Positions 30,480-41,127 of a stretch of DNA of 64,000 nucleotides are shown here, piece by piece. Numbering within the stretch: the first letter of the stretch is position 1; each line of letters starts with the position of its first letter. Made by a program: the position numbers and the translations under genes. The notes under the pieces were generated by a model that was not told where the DNA came from, did no database searches, and saw nothing but the letters and a program-made list of their open reading frames with translations. The stretch covers positions 128,001-192,000 of the forward strand of contig OY970067.1 of NCBI GenBank assembly GCA_963705305.1, given 5' to 3'. This stretch comes from an uncultured Methylomirabilota bacterium. Lineage in GTDB: Bacteria > Methylomirabilota > Methylomirabilia > Methylomirabilales > 2-02-FULL-66-22.

Positions 30480-30902
30480 TTACAAAGGAGGGTGTTCAGC
30501 GGGCAGGCTTCGGCCCAGGACCTGGTCGACCGTGCTGGCCACCTGATCGGGATTGAACGGCTTGCGGATGCTCAGGGTCGCCCCCGCCTCGATGCCTTTG
30601 GCCTCAAGATCGGGCAGGCTCATGGCCGTCATGATGAGAATGGGGGTGTGGCAGAGCCCGGGGTCGGCCCGCAGCTGCTTGCACACCTCGAACCCATCCA
30701 TGCCGGGCATCATGATATCCAGGATGATCAGGTCCGGCCGCTCCTTCTTGGCGATCGCGATTCCCGCGCGCCCGTGGGTGGCCATGACCACCCGATAGCC
30801 CCGAGCCTCCAGGACGTTGGTGCACACCCCGAGCACGAGTCGGTCATCGTCAATACAGAGGACCGTCTGCCGGCGACCCGCTGCCGTGGGCTCTTCGTTC
30901 AT
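30480..30902 (-). CDS. Single-domain response regulator
   Basis: VLCIDDD, PDLIILDIMMPGMDG, MTA, RKP. Confidence 0.9.
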   Translation of the reverse strand: MNEEPTAAGRRQTVLCIDDDRLVLGVCTNVLEARGYRVVMATHGRAGIAIAKKERPDLIILDIMMPGMDGFEVCKQLRADPGLCHTPILIMTAMSLPDLEAKGIEAGATLSIRKPFNPDQVASTVDQVLGRSLPAEHPPL

Positions 30903-31176
30903 CCGGGCTCCTCCTCTTCCAGCAGCTTTTCTCCCTGCTACCCTTAGCGACCCGGCCCCCAATTGTCAATCGAACACCATTCCTTGTCTCGCTGACCTCC
31001 GCTTGCTTCGCCCTGGCAAGCGGATCGCGACCGGCAGTCGCGATCCCGATTCCCTTCAGAGGGGCCATCGAGCGCTGCTGTCGGAGGCACCGATCGGGGC
31101 GAATTCGGGGACGGCGACCGGCGGGCGGCGGGATGGAGGCGCCGCGAATCAGGCGCTGCACCCCCATGCGAATGGG

Positions 31177-31881
31177 CTACATCCCCAGATAGGCCTTCTT
31201 GAGGTGCGGATTGGCCAGCAGGTCCGCTCCCTTTCCCTCGAGCACGATCCTCCCGTTTTCCAGGACGTAGCCCCGATGGGCCAACCGCAGCGAGTGCTGG
31301 ACATTCTGCTCCACCAAGAGCACCGTGGTGCCCTGGGCGTTCACATCCCGCACCGTCTCGAGGATCTGCCTCACCAGGAGCGGGGCCAGCCCTATGGAGG
31401 GCTCGTCGAGCATCAGCAGCCGAGGAAGGGCCATCAGCCCCCGGCCGATGGCCAGCATCTGCTGCTCTCCGCCGGAGAGGGAGCCCGCGAGCTGCGTCTG
31501 CCGTTCCTGCAGGATCGGCAGCAGGCCGAAGACTGTCTCCAGGCTCTTGGCCCGCCGCTGCCTCGCCTCCCGTGAATAGGCCCCCAGCTCCAGGTTCTCC
31601 AGCACCGTCATGTAGGGGAAGAGCCGCCGGCCCTCGGGTACCTGCACCAGACCCAGGGCCACAATTTCATAGGGCGGGAGGTGGTCGATGCGCTGCCCCC
31701 GGAACTGGATCGAGCCTCGTCGCGGGCGCATCATGCCGGAGAGGGTGTTGATGGTGGTGGTCTTGCCGGCGGCGTTGGCTCCAACCAGGGCGACGATCTC
31801 CCCCTCCTCCACGGTCACCGACATCCCATGGAGCACCTTGACGTCGCCGTACGCCACGTCGATGTCGCGGACTTCAAGCAA
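31177..31881 (-). CDS. livF: LIV-type ABC transporter ATPase
   Basis: GANAAGKT, VPEGRRLF, LSGGEQQM, LDEPS. Confidence 0.92.
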   Translation of the reverse strand: MLEVRDIDVAYGDVKVLHGMSVTVEEGEIVALVGANAAGKTTTINTLSGMMRPRRGSIQFRGQRIDHLPPYEIVALGLVQVPEGRRLFPYMTVLENLELGAYSREARQRRAKSLETVFGLLPILQERQTQLAGSLSGGEQQMLAIGRGLMALPRLLMLDEPSIGLAPLLVRQILETVRDVNAQGTTVLLVEQNVQHSLRLAHRGYVLENGRIVLEGKGADLLANPHLKKAYLGM

Positions 31882-32596
31882 GGAGGTACTCCTCTCCCAA
31901 GTAGGCCTCGATCACCCGTTTGTCCCCTGCCACCTCTTTGGGCATCCCCTCGGCGATCTTCTCTCCGTGATGCAGCACCAGGATCCGGTCGGAGATGGTC
32001 ATGATGGCCGCCATGATGTGCTCGATCACCAGGAGGGTCACCCCCTGGTCCCGGATCTTCTTGAGGATCTCCAGCATGTGGGCCAGCTCCGTCGGGTTCA
32101 GCCCCGCCATCACCTCGTCGAGGAGCAGCAGCCGGGGCCGGGTGGCCAGCGCCCGCGCGACTTCCAGCCGCTTCCGGTCGGAGATGGTCAGGCTCTTCGC
32201 CGCCTTGTCCCGGCAGTCCGAGAGCCCCACCAGATCCATCACCTCCAGGGCCCGCTCTCGAGCCAGGCCCGGATCGGCCGTCCGCAGGAAACTCCCCACC
32301 ATCACATTCTGGAGGGCCGTCAGATTTCCAAACGGCTTCACCACCTGGAAGGTGCGCACCAGCCCGCTCCGGCACAGGTGGGGAGCCCTCAGGTGGTTGA
32401 CCGGCTCGCCCGCAAAGGTCACCCGGCCCTGGTCGGGCCGGAAAAAGCCGGAGACCACGTTGAAGAGCGTGGTCTTACCCGCCCCGTTCGGGCCGATCAG
32501 TCCCAGAATCTCTCCCTCTGCTATTCCGAAGCTGACCTCCTTGAGGGCGGCGAGACCGCCGAAGGTCTTGGTCAGGTTCTCGGCCTGCAAAATCAT
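31874..32596 (-). CDS. livG: LIV-type ABC transporter ATPase
   Basis: GPNGAGKTT, RTFQ, LLDEVMAGL, EAYLG. Confidence 0.92.
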   Translation of the reverse strand: MILQAENLTKTFGGLAALKEVSFGIAEGEILGLIGPNGAGKTTLFNVVSGFFRPDQGRVTFAGEPVNHLRAPHLCRSGLVRTFQVVKPFGNLTALQNVMVGSFLRTADPGLARERALEVMDLVGLSDCRDKAAKSLTISDRKRLEVARALATRPRLLLLDEVMAGLNPTELAHMLEILKKIRDQGVTLLVIEHIMAAIMTISDRILVLHHGEKIAEGMPKEVAGDKRVIEAYLGEEYLLA

Positions 32597-33648
32597 GCGT
32601 CCCCCTCCAGTGATGGAGCAGGCCGCCCCTCCCGCTGCCCGAGCACTCGCTTCCACCATGCCGCAAGAGAAGGCACGATGCCCTGCGGCAGGAGGATGAC
32701 CACGGCGATCAGGACGGCCCCGTAGACCACCAGGTCCAGCCCCTGCAATCCTCCCAGCTTGGCTCGCAGAACCTCCTGAAGGGGGGTCACCAGGAAAGCG
32801 CCGGCCACCGGACCCCAGACGGTCCCGATCCCGCCGATGATGGCCATCATGGCCAGCAGGACCGAAAAGTCCAGGGAGAACATGGCGAACGGTTCGATGT
32901 AAAAGATGTACTGGGCGTAGAAGGTGCCGGCCAAGGCGGTAAGAAAGGCGCTGACGAGCGTCGCCACCAGCTTGTAGCGAGCCGTGTCGATCCCCAGCGC
33001 TTGGGCTGCGTCCTCGTCCTCCCGGAGGGCGGCTAGGTAATAGCCCAGGCGAGAGTGCTCAATCCAGAGGCTCACCAGGACCGTGATCACCATGAAGGCC
33101 AGCGCCACGCAGGCGTAGGCGGAGAGCCCGCGGAAGACGAAGTTCCCGAGCGCGGGCTGGAAGGGCACGCTGAGGCCGATGGAGCCCCCGGTGAGGTTGT
33201 GGGCGTACAGTGTCAGGATGCGGAGCACCTCGGCAAAGGCGATGGTGACCAGCGCGAAAAAGGGGCCGCGCAGCCGGAAGCTGGGGTAGCCGATGGCGCC
33301 CGAGACAAGGGCGGCCAGGACGCCCCCGATCACCATCCCCATCCAGGGGGAAATCCCCTGGTCGATAAAGAGCAGGGTTGAGGTGTAGGCCCCGATGCCG
33401 AAGAAGGCCGCATGACCCAGCGACAGCTGCCCCGCGAGGCCTCCCACGATGTTCCAGGCAGAGCTGGCGGCCGCATAGACCATCATCATAATCAACACAT
33501 GCAGGTAGAACTTGTCCTTCACCAGGAAGGCCAGCGCGGCGGCCACCACGGCAAGGCCAGCCAGCGTCCAGAGGGAGCTGCTGGGAATGGACCGATACCC
33601 AAGCCAGCCGGAGAGCGGCGTGCCCCTCCTTTGAGTCGCGGTGCTCAT
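32593..33648 (-). CDS. livM: LIV-type ABC permease
   Basis: GQLSLGHAAFFGIGAY, REDEDAA, GGIGTVWGP. Confidence 0.9.
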   Translation of the reverse strand: MSTATQRRGTPLSGWLGYRSIPSSSLWTLAGLAVVAAALAFLVKDKFYLHVLIMMMVYAAASSAWNIVGGLAGQLSLGHAAFFGIGAYTSTLLFIDQGISPWMGMVIGGVLAALVSGAIGYPSFRLRGPFFALVTIAFAEVLRILTLYAHNLTGGSIGLSVPFQPALGNFVFRGLSAYACVALAFMVITVLVSLWIEHSRLGYYLAALREDEDAAQALGIDTARYKLVATLVSAFLTALAGTFYAQYIFYIEPFAMFSLDFSVLLAMMAIIGGIGTVWGPVAGAFLVTPLQEVLRAKLGGLQGLDLVVYGAVLIAVVILLPQGIVPSLAAWWKRVLGQREGRPAPSLEGDA

Positions 33649-34529
33649 TTGAGGCCTACCTCCTCGGCTCCGACGACTCCAAAGAGCCCCGTGGGACGAA
33701 TGAGGAGCACGACGATGAATACTACAAAGTACACGGCCTCCTTCAGCTCGGGAACGTAGAAGCCGCTGAATGCTTCCACGAGGCCGATGATGAACCCCCC
33801 CAGGAGCGCCCCGGTCAGGTTCCCCAAGCCCCCCAGCACCACCACCACGAAAGCCACCAGCACGAAGTAGGTGCCGACCGTCGGAAAGACTGGGTAGAGA
33901 GGCATGAGCAGCGCCCCGGCGACGCCCACCAGCGCCGATCCGATGGCGAAGGTGACGAGATAGACGCGATCGATGTTGATCCCCATCAACAGCGCCGCCG
34001 TCCTGTCCTGGGCCGCGCAGCGGATGGCCTTGCCCAGATAGCTTTTTTGCAGAAAGAGAAAGAGGATGCCCGTGATGGCCAGCGCCACCAGGAAGGCCAA
34101 CAGCCTGGATACCCCCAGCACCAGGGGACCGACGGAGATCACCGCTCGGGACAGTTGCGTCTGCACCGACTGGTAGTTGGCCGTCATCGACACCAGGGCC
34201 AAGTTCTGCAAGAGAATGGAGAGGCCGACGGTGGCGGCGATCTGCATGGAGGATGAAGCCTTCAGGATCGGCCGGATCACCAGGAACTCGACAACGAGAC
34301 CTACCAGAAACAAGAGGACCACCACCAGCAGGATGGATGCGTACGGGTCCAGTCCGTACAGACGGTACAGCCAGAAGGAGGCGTACATGGCGACCATGAG
34401 AAACTCGCCATGGGCGAAGTTCACCACCCGAAGGACTCCAAAGATGAGGGTCAGTCCGATGCTGATCAGTGCGTAGACGCCGCCCAAGAGGATGCCGGAC
34501 ACCGCGACCTGAGCCAGGATGACTCCCAT
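33645..34529 (-). CDS. livH: LIV-type ABC permease
   Basis: GLTLIFG, NFAHGEF, VVLGGLG. Confidence 0.9.
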   Translation of the reverse strand: MGVILAQVAVSGILLGGVYALISIGLTLIFGVLRVVNFAHGEFLMVAMYASFWLYRLYGLDPYASILLVVVLLFLVGLVVEFLVIRPILKASSSMQIAATVGLSILLQNLALVSMTANYQSVQTQLSRAVISVGPLVLGVSRLLAFLVALAITGILFLFLQKSYLGKAIRCAAQDRTAALLMGINIDRVYLVTFAIGSALVGVAGALLMPLYPVFPTVGTYFVLVAFVVVVLGGLGNLTGALLGGFIIGLVEAFSGFYVPELKEAVYFVVFIVVLLIRPTGLFGVVGAEEVGLK

Positions 34530-34894
34530 GGCGACACCTTATTCTTGGCAGAAACTTTTCGTCAACGATGGGGCGGCGTGACGAGCGGGTTGAGAGCTAC
34601 CCCCTGCTATCGCTGCAAAGTCTCGACCCCTGCCAGCCTGAAGTTGCGTCAACCCTCGGGCTGGCCAAGGACGAATAGGACGATGCAGGTCGGGGTGACG
34701 GCCGCAAATGGGCCGACTGCGATCGGGATCACCCCCACTGCGAAGCCGGGAATTACGGGGGGGCGCCCCCGCCGGAAAACTCGATCAGCGGGAGCGCCCC
34801 CCATCACCCACCCTGTGCGGTGCTCGCCGAGGTGCCCTCACTCAGATCCGTCCGGCTCCCCCCGCACCGCCCACGATCCTTCACCGGCTAAAGC

Positions 34895-36207
34895 TCACCC
34901 CGCGTGCTTCTTCCAGGCGGGCCAGGGTATGATGGCCTCGGCCACCGCGGCCGCCTTGGGCCAGACCGTCAACAGTTGGCCCTTCTGCCACTGGAATATC
35001 AGCGGGAACGCTCGCATGTCTTGCCCGGCGTCCTTGTCGCCGGGGGGGCGAACTTGACCCCATACCCCATCGGCGTATGCTCATCCGGAATGTCCGTCGC
35101 CAGGGCTGCCTTGCGGATCGCCTCCGCGTCGGTGGAGCCTGCCCTGGAGATCACATCAAACAGCACCTGGGCGCCCATGAAGTTCATCAGGGAGTGGCCG
35201 GAGTGAGGTGCCTCCTTGAAGATCTGCTGGTACGCCTCCGCCGCCTCCTTGGCCCCCGGAGCGAACTTGGGATTGATCAGGTACTGAGTGTTGTCGACGT
35301 TGAACACGCCGGTGGCGTCATCGCCCAACGCATTGGCAAAGTCCGTGAGGGCGTAGCCGGCACCGGTCCCGATCACCGCCTTGGGCCAGAACCCCAGCTC
35401 CCGGGCCTGCTTCCAGAAGATCAGCAGGTCCTGGATGTACGAGGTGGCGATCAGCACGTCGGGCTGGGCCGCCTTCAACTTCAGGATGAGGGGAGACAGG
35501 TCGGTGGCCCTGGAGCTGTACGGATCACTCCCCAGGAGGTTCAGGCCGATCTCTTTGGCTCGCTTCTCGGCCCCGGCACCCACGGTGGTGCCGTAGAGGG
35601 CATCCTCGTGAACGATCGATACCTTGAGCTTGTCTGGAGCGATGCCCAGCTTGGGCGCAAGCACCTCTTTGCTGTAGTCGGCAGCCTTGCCGCCGTACAT
35701 GGAGCCCATGGGGGTGATGCGGAACAGGTATTTGAACCCGCGCTCGACGATGGGATCCGAGATTCCGCCCATTTCCCAATAGATCACCTGGTTCCGTTCC
35801 GCGACTTGCGTGGCCGCCATGGACAGCGTGCTGGAATAGGTGCCGATGAGGATGGGGACCTTCTCGCTGGAGATCAGACGATTGGCCTGGGAGACGGCCG
35901 CATTGGCATCGGGCGCGTCGCCTTTCACGAATTCGATCTCTTTCCCGAGGAGTCCCCCCTTCTTGTTCTGCAGGATGCGGGCGACCTCGGCGCCGCGCCA
36001 GCTCTCTTCACCCAGCAGCGCCATGTCGCCAGTGAGCGGATAGATGGCGCCGATTTTGATGGAGCCGCCGGAGGCGGCGAAGACGCGGGCCGGCGGCGCC
36101 AAGACGGCTGCGCCCAGGGCGCTGAGGCCGAGGCCTTTGAGCAGTTGCCTCCGGGTCAGATGGCCTGCCGAGGGTCCCGAGGATCTCCGTGCTTTCCTGG
36201 TATCCAT
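34895..36207 (-). CDS. LIV-type substrate-binding protein with Tat signal; frameshifted at G7 run 35042-35048
   Basis: TRRQLLK Tat motif, IKIGAIYPLTG; one extra base in the run restores GVKFAPPGDKDAGQD...QWQKGQLLTVWP...WKKHAG*. Confidence 0.85.
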
Positions 36208-36475
36208 GTCACCCTCCTTTTTCCCGTGGTGTGGACCGGGGCGAGCACGATCGCCGGCGGTCGCTCTCTCTGGTCGACCCGACAAGCGGCATCGGTGTGA
36301 CAGGTCGTCGGCGTCGGGATGGTGCCGACGGCGCATCGGGCTGTCCGGTCGTGCACGAGGCCGGAGTTCCTGCCACGCAGACGCGTCCAAACGGCATATC
36401 TCTCGAGGGGCAGAGTACGGATAGCACAAACAACCTTGCGAGTCAATACGGTCCGGTGTTTGGAAACGCCGTCGC

Positions 36476-37477
36476 TCACGGAGCGACCGCAAGCATGATC
36501 TTGCCGATGTGCGCGCTGCGCTCCATCAACCGGTGCGCCGCCGCCGCCTCTGCAAGCGGAAAGACCTGATGAATGACCGGGCCGCACCGCCCGGCTCCCA
36601 GCACCGGCCACACCGCCTCGAGGAGCGCCTGGGCGATCCGGCCTTTCTCCGCGGTGGTGCGCGGGCGCATGGTGGAGCCGGTGAGGATGGCGCGGCGCCG
36701 CATCACCGCCGTCAGGTCGAAGTCCTCCACTTTCGCGCCGTGCATCGTGCCGACCTGGATCAGCCGTCCGTCCATGGCGAGACACGCCAGATTCCGCATC
36801 GTGTAGGGGGCGCCGACGATGTCCAGCACAACATTCACCCCCTGGCCGGCGGTGAGTTCCCGGATCCGCTCCACGAAATCGGTCTCGCGGTAGTTGATCG
36901 CCGCCGCCCCCAGCCTCTGACACGCCTCGCACTTGTCCCGGCTGCCTGCGGTGGCGTAGCTGCGGGCGCCGAATTCGCGCGCCAGCTGGATAGCGGTGAC
37001 CCCGATCCCGCTGGTGCCGCCGTGCACCAGCACGGACTCCCCTCGGGCGAGGCGCCCCATCTGGAACAGGTTGGCCCAGACGGTGAAGTATGTCTCCGGC
37101 AGCGCCGCCGCCTGGACGGGAGTGTAGCCGGCTGGCCAGGGCAGGCACTGCGGCGCCGGAACCGGGCAATACTCGGCGTACCCGCCCCCATTGGTCAGGG
37201 CGCAGACCCGGTCACCCGGCTTGAGCCCTGTCACCGCCTCGCCCGCGGCCGCCACCTCCCCCGCCACCTCCAGCCCGAGGATCGGGCTGGCGGTGGGCGG
37301 CGGCGGGTAAACCCCCTGGCGCTGCAGCACGTCGGGGCGATTCACCCCGGCCGCCTGCACGCGGATCAGGACCTCATCCGGCCTCGGCCGGGGTACGGGG
37401 GCCGTGGTCAGGCGCAGGACATCCGGCCCACCCGCCCCGACAGCTTCCATGTGGTGCATCTGCTCCGGAAGCGTCAT
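36476..37477 (-). CDS. NAD(P)H-quinone oxidoreductase, PIG3 family (MDR)
   Basis: AAGVNRPD, GLEVAG, HGGTSGIG, GSTMRPR, HIGKI. Confidence 0.92.
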   Translation of the reverse strand: MTLPEQMHHMEAVGAGGPDVLRLTTAPVPRPRPDEVLIRVQAAGVNRPDVLQRQGVYPPPPTASPILGLEVAGEVAAAGEAVTGLKPGDRVCALTNGGGYAEYCPVPAPQCLPWPAGYTPVQAAALPETYFTVWANLFQMGRLARGESVLVHGGTSGIGVTAIQLAREFGARSYATAGSRDKCEACQRLGAAAINYRETDFVERIRELTAGQGVNVVLDIVGAPYTMRNLACLAMDGRLIQVGTMHGAKVEDFDLTAVMRRRAILTGSTMRPRTTAEKGRIAQALLEAVWPVLGAGRCGPVIHQVFPLAEAAAAHRLMERSAHIGKIMLAVAP

Positions 37478-37546
37478 CACCTTCCCTCCCCTCGCGACCG
37501 GCATATCGGGCGCCCACGGAACGCCGGAGACCGCCGCCGGCGTCGC

Positions 37547-38710
37547 TCAGGCGCTGCGGTACAGCTTGGTCAGCACGAACTCCCGATGCCCCAGCGCCTC
37601 GGCGGCGGTGAACCGCCCGTTGCAGGTGCGGAACATCGTCTCCAGCAGCTTGTCGCCGGCCTGGTCGAAGGTCAACTGCCGCTGCAGCAGCCCCGAGACA
37701 TCCACGTCGATGTGCTCGGACATGGTGCGGACGGTGCGGGGGTTGGCCGACAGCTTGATGACCGGCAGGATGGGGTTCCCGATGACGTTCCCCTGCCCGG
37801 TGGGGAAGAAGTGCACCACGAATCCGGCCGCCGCCGCCAGCGTGACCATCTCGGCCGCCGCGGACGAGGAATCCATGAACCAGAGCCCCTTCCCCGCAGG
37901 CGCCTGGGCCGGCTCGAGGCAGCCGACGATCTTGCCCCTCTTCCCGATCTTCTGGATGTTCCCGAAGGCTTTCTCCTCGATGGTGGTCAGTCCCCCGATG
38001 ATATTCCCCTTGGTCGGCTGGGAATCGGACAGGTCGTCGGTCTTGTTCGCCACGATGAAGTCGTTGTAGTCGCTCCACATCTTCATAAACTGGGCCGCCA
38101 CCTGCGGGGTCGCGCACCGGTCGCGGACCACGGTCTCCCCGCCGGTGATCTCCAACGTCTCGCCGAAGAGGAGGGTGCAGCCCATGGCCTCCAGCTTGTC
38201 GAAGGCGTTGCCCACGGTCGGGTTGGAGCCGATCCCCGAGGTGGTGTCGGACTCCCCGCACTTGCACGAGACCCAGAGCTCGTCCGCCCGGCACTCTACC
38301 TTCTGCTGCTCGGTGGCCCGCTGGACGAAGTCCTTGGCCGCGCGCCCGGCGCTGGCCACCGTCTTGAGATCGCCGTTCAGCTCGATGCTGAAGCCCTCCA
38401 CCGGCTTGCCGGTCTTGGCGATGCCGTCCACGACGCGCTGCGTCCAGCCCGGCTCGATGCCGATGACCACCGCGGCGGCCACATTGGGACTTGCCCCCGT
38501 GCCGATGAGCGTGCGGAAGTGCAGCTCCAGATCGGCCCCGAACTGGAGCCGGCCGTACGGATGCGGCAGGGCCAGAGTGCCCTTGATGTTGTTCTCGACC
38601 GCCTGGCAGGCGGCGTTGGACAGGTCATCGACCGGCAGAATGGCGACGTGGCTGCGAATGCCCACGCGGCCATTCTCGCGGCGGTAGCCCATGAATGTTC
38701 GGGTTGTCAT
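37547..38710 (-). CDS. suyB: UxaA family lyase beta subunit, (2R)-sulfolactate sulfo-lyase type
   Basis: [43 protein letters not shown]; closely resembles SuyB as I recall it. Confidence 0.8.
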   Translation of the reverse strand: MTTRTFMGYRRENGRVGIRSHVAILPVDDLSNAACQAVENNIKGTLALPHPYGRLQFGADLELHFRTLIGTGASPNVAAAVVIGIEPGWTQRVVDGIAKTGKPVEGFSIELNGDLKTVASAGRAAKDFVQRATEQQKVECRADELWVSCKCGESDTTSGIGSNPTVGNAFDKLEAMGCTLLFGETLEITGGETVVRDRCATPQVAAQFMKMWSDYNDFIVANKTDDLSDSQPTKGNIIGGLTTIEEKAFGNIQKIGKRGKIVGCLEPAQAPAGKGLWFMDSSSAAAEMVTLAAAAGFVVHFFPTGQGNVIGNPILPVIKLSANPRTVRTMSEHIDVDVSGLLQRQLTFDQAGDKLLETMFRTCNGRFTAAEALGHREFVLTKLYRSA

Positions 38711-38713
38711 CTC

Positions 38714-38995
38714 TCACCACCTCTTCGTTTTGATGTTGTGGACGTGCGCGCGGTCGCCGGGCTGCATGCCCGCCACCGCGCGGCCGATGTCGTGGCCGTA
38801 CTTGATCACCGTGTCCCCGCTGGCGATGGTGCGGAGGGCCAGCTTGTGCCCGATGGGGATGTCGCTTCGCGCCTTGATCGTGAGGGTCTTGTCCTGGGTC
38901 ATGATCCAGCCGTTCAGATCCTGACCGGCCTTCACCCCCTCGACGACCACGACGCCCACAGAGTCCGTTTCGTCGTGCACCACGAAGTGAATCAT
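38714..38995 (-). CDS. suyA: SAF-domain alpha subunit, sulfolactate sulfo-lyase type
   Basis: FVVHD..DSVGVVVVE, IPIGHKLA, IKYG, HVHNIKTKRW. Confidence 0.8.
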   Translation of the reverse strand: MIHFVVHDETDSVGVVVVEGVKAGQDLNGWIMTQDKTLTIKARSDIPIGHKLALRTIASGDTVIKYGHDIGRAVAGMQPGDRAHVHNIKTKRW

Positions 38996-39167
38996 CGTAC
39001 CTTCCTCCTCGCGTCAGGTGGTGTTTCATGCGGCCGCGGCCGCTTCGGACGGGGCCGCGCCGGGGTCACTATAGGCCTATCCCCGCGTCCGAATCAACCG
39101 GAGACAGTTCGCGGGATCTTGCCTCGAACATAGCGCATCAGGGGCGCACGATGCGGACCGTTTCCGC

Positions 39168-40505
39168 CTACGGACTCCCTGCACCCGCCGGCGCGGTCCC
39201 TTCCCGATCCATCTCCTCCAGTTTCAAGTCGCGCGTCTCCCGGATGAAGAGCAGCGCCAGCATGGCTACCGCGCAGTACACGGCGTAGACGAGGGGCATA
39301 TAATACCACTTGTGGAGCACGTCTTGCCCGATCACCCCCGCCAGCAGCGAGGGGGCGACCATTCCCCCCATGATGGCCGAGAGACTGTACGAGATGCCGG
39401 CGCCGGAGTACCGGAACTTTGTCGGGAAGCTCTCCGAGGTCAGGATCGGGGCCAGTCCGTGCATCAGCCCGATCCCGAAGAAGGTGACGAGAAACTGCAA
39501 GCCCATGACGAGCAGGATTCGCTTCCCCAGGATGGCCAGGACGTACGGATACGAGAGCAGGGTGGTGAACGCGATCGCCAGGTACGCCACCTGCCGTCGC
39601 TTGAAGAGGTCGGAGAGCGGGCCGCTCAGGACCACCCCCAGGATGTCTCCGATCCGGGCGAGCAGGATGATGGTGGCGATCACGCCCAGCGGGATGCCGG
39701 CAAAGCGCATGAAGGAGATGACATACGTGCCGCTCACGTACCCGTCCATCTGCTGGAAGGCCGACACCAGGGCGAGGAGGATGATGGGGCCGGCGTGCTC
39801 CTTAAACACCGTGAAGCTCGGCATCCGGGCCAGCTGCTCTCGCTGCTTGAGCCGCTCGAACAGGGGGCTGTCGGCGAGCTTGTAGCGTGCCAGGAGGGCG
39901 GGGATCACGATCACGGCGGACAGCAACATGGCAACCCGCCAGCCGGTCGTCGTGAAGCTCCCGCTCAACAGCAGCATCGCCCCGCTGGCCGCCATGGCCC
40001 CCAGCGGGATGCCGAGGTTCGCCAGGGACATCCAGAAGGCGCGGGAGCGCCGTTTCGACCCGAATTCGGCGAGCAAGGCCGATGCCCCCCCGAACTCGCC
40101 GCCGAGGCCGATGCCCTGGACGATGCGCAGGAGCACGAGGAGAACCGGCGCTGCGACTCCCAGGGTGGCATACCCGGGCAGCAGGCCTGTCAGGCATGTG
40201 GCCGCCCCCACGATCAAGATGTTTATCATGAACGAGTACCTTCGGCCCACCCGATCCCCGAAGTGGCCGAAGATGAACGCCCCCAAGAGCCGGGCAGGGA
40301 ACCCGGCCCCGAACGCCAGGTAGGAGAACACCAGGGCCTGGGTCGGGGGCAGCTTGGGGAAGAAGAGCGTTGGGAAGGCGCTGGCCGCAGCGTATCCGTA
40401 GATGAAGAAATCGTAAAACTCGAGGAGCACCCCCGCCGTGGCGGAGAAGGCGAGGAGAATCAGAACGCGAAGCCCAACCACCTGGTCCCCCCGTTCCGCT
40501 TCCAT
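39168..40505 (-). CDS. MFS transporter, metabolite:H+ symporter family
   Basis: LEFYDFFIYG, FGHFGDRVGRR, RIVQGIGLGGEFGG, ESFPT. Confidence 0.92.
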   Translation of the reverse strand: MEAERGDQVVGLRVLILLAFSATAGVLLEFYDFFIYGYAAASAFPTLFFPKLPPTQALVFSYLAFGAGFPARLLGAFIFGHFGDRVGRRYSFMINILIVGAATCLTGLLPGYATLGVAAPVLLVLLRIVQGIGLGGEFGGASALLAEFGSKRRSRAFWMSLANLGIPLGAMAASGAMLLLSGSFTTTGWRVAMLLSAVIVIPALLARYKLADSPLFERLKQREQLARMPSFTVFKEHAGPIILLALVSAFQQMDGYVSGTYVISFMRFAGIPLGVIATIILLARIGDILGVVLSGPLSDLFKRRQVAYLAIAFTTLLSYPYVLAILGKRILLVMGLQFLVTFFGIGLMHGLAPILTSESFPTKFRYSGAGISYSLSAIMGGMVAPSLLAGVIGQDVLHKWYYMPLVYAVYCAVAMLALLFIRETRDLKLEEMDREGTAPAGAGSP

Positions 40506-40664
40506 TCCCTTTCTCCTTATGGACAGCCCCGTTCGGGCCAATGTGCAGCGCCCCTTCAACCCTTCAGGAGTCTCTGGTGTTCCCGCGGTGCGCGGGAGGA
40601 CAGACGTGCGCGAGGACTGCCGCCCAGAGTAGGAGCAGACCGGCCTACACTGAGGTGGCCGAGG

Positions 40665-41030
40665 CTAGGCAGGATCGGCCGGGTGTCCGCTTGAGGTTGT
40701 CCCGGTCATGGATAGCTGTCTTCGGGCCAGGATGGGCCCGGAGCGGAGGCGGGCTCCCGGGTGATTGCTTTGGAAGGCAGGGAGATGAATTCGCTCGAGC
40801 CCGTTGGACGCAGCCGGCGGATCCTGGAGGCGCAAGTCTGGGAGGGGAAGGGCGGCAGCGCAGAGCCGGTCCGTTTCCAGCGTGACACCAACGGAGGCTA
40901 TGACGTTGGACTCCAATTGCCGCGGAAAATCCGAGCCGTCCAGGTCGAGGACATCAAAGGCCAGATAAACGCAGAGCAGTGCGAAAGCGAGGACCCACGC
41001 CGATCGCCAGATCGACCGCCGCCGCACCAT
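40665..41030 (-). CDS. Small hypothetical protein, FDVLxLDGS family, paralog 1
   Basis: TM helix then YLAFDVLDLDGS; ends SSGHPADPA; paralog at 41918-42307; own promoter. Confidence 0.65.
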   Translation of the reverse strand: MVRRRSIWRSAWVLAFALLCVYLAFDVLDLDGSDFPRQLESNVIASVGVTLETDRLCAAALPLPDLRLQDPPAASNGLERIHLPAFQSNHPGARLRSGPILARRQLSMTGTTSSGHPADPA

Positions 41031-41082
41031 GGACTCCCTCATGTGTCCGGCGAAGAACGAAGAGGTGAAACAAGCCCGGGCG

Positions 41083-41111
41083 AGAATGCCACAATCCGAT
41101 GCAGGGGTCAA
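41083..41111 (-). promoter_or_regulatory. Putative sigma70 promoter for paralog 1 and MFS gene
   Basis: TTGACC-N17-CATTCT with extended TG. Confidence 0.5.
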
Positions 41112-41127
41112 GCTCCTCCCCTGATGC

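Noticed and set aside
36210..36420. Glycine or other riboswitch in the leader of the first LIV operon
   Set aside because: GAGAGA..GCCG is present but I could not find the CUCUCAGG core or the expected stems.
36509..39133. Very long alternative-frame ORFs (e.g. 874 aa here, 973 aa at 52402, 991 aa at 60455, 817 aa at 50133)
   Set aside because: They overlap well-supported genes in antisense or shifted frames and have no motifs; expected shadow ORFs in high-GC DNA.
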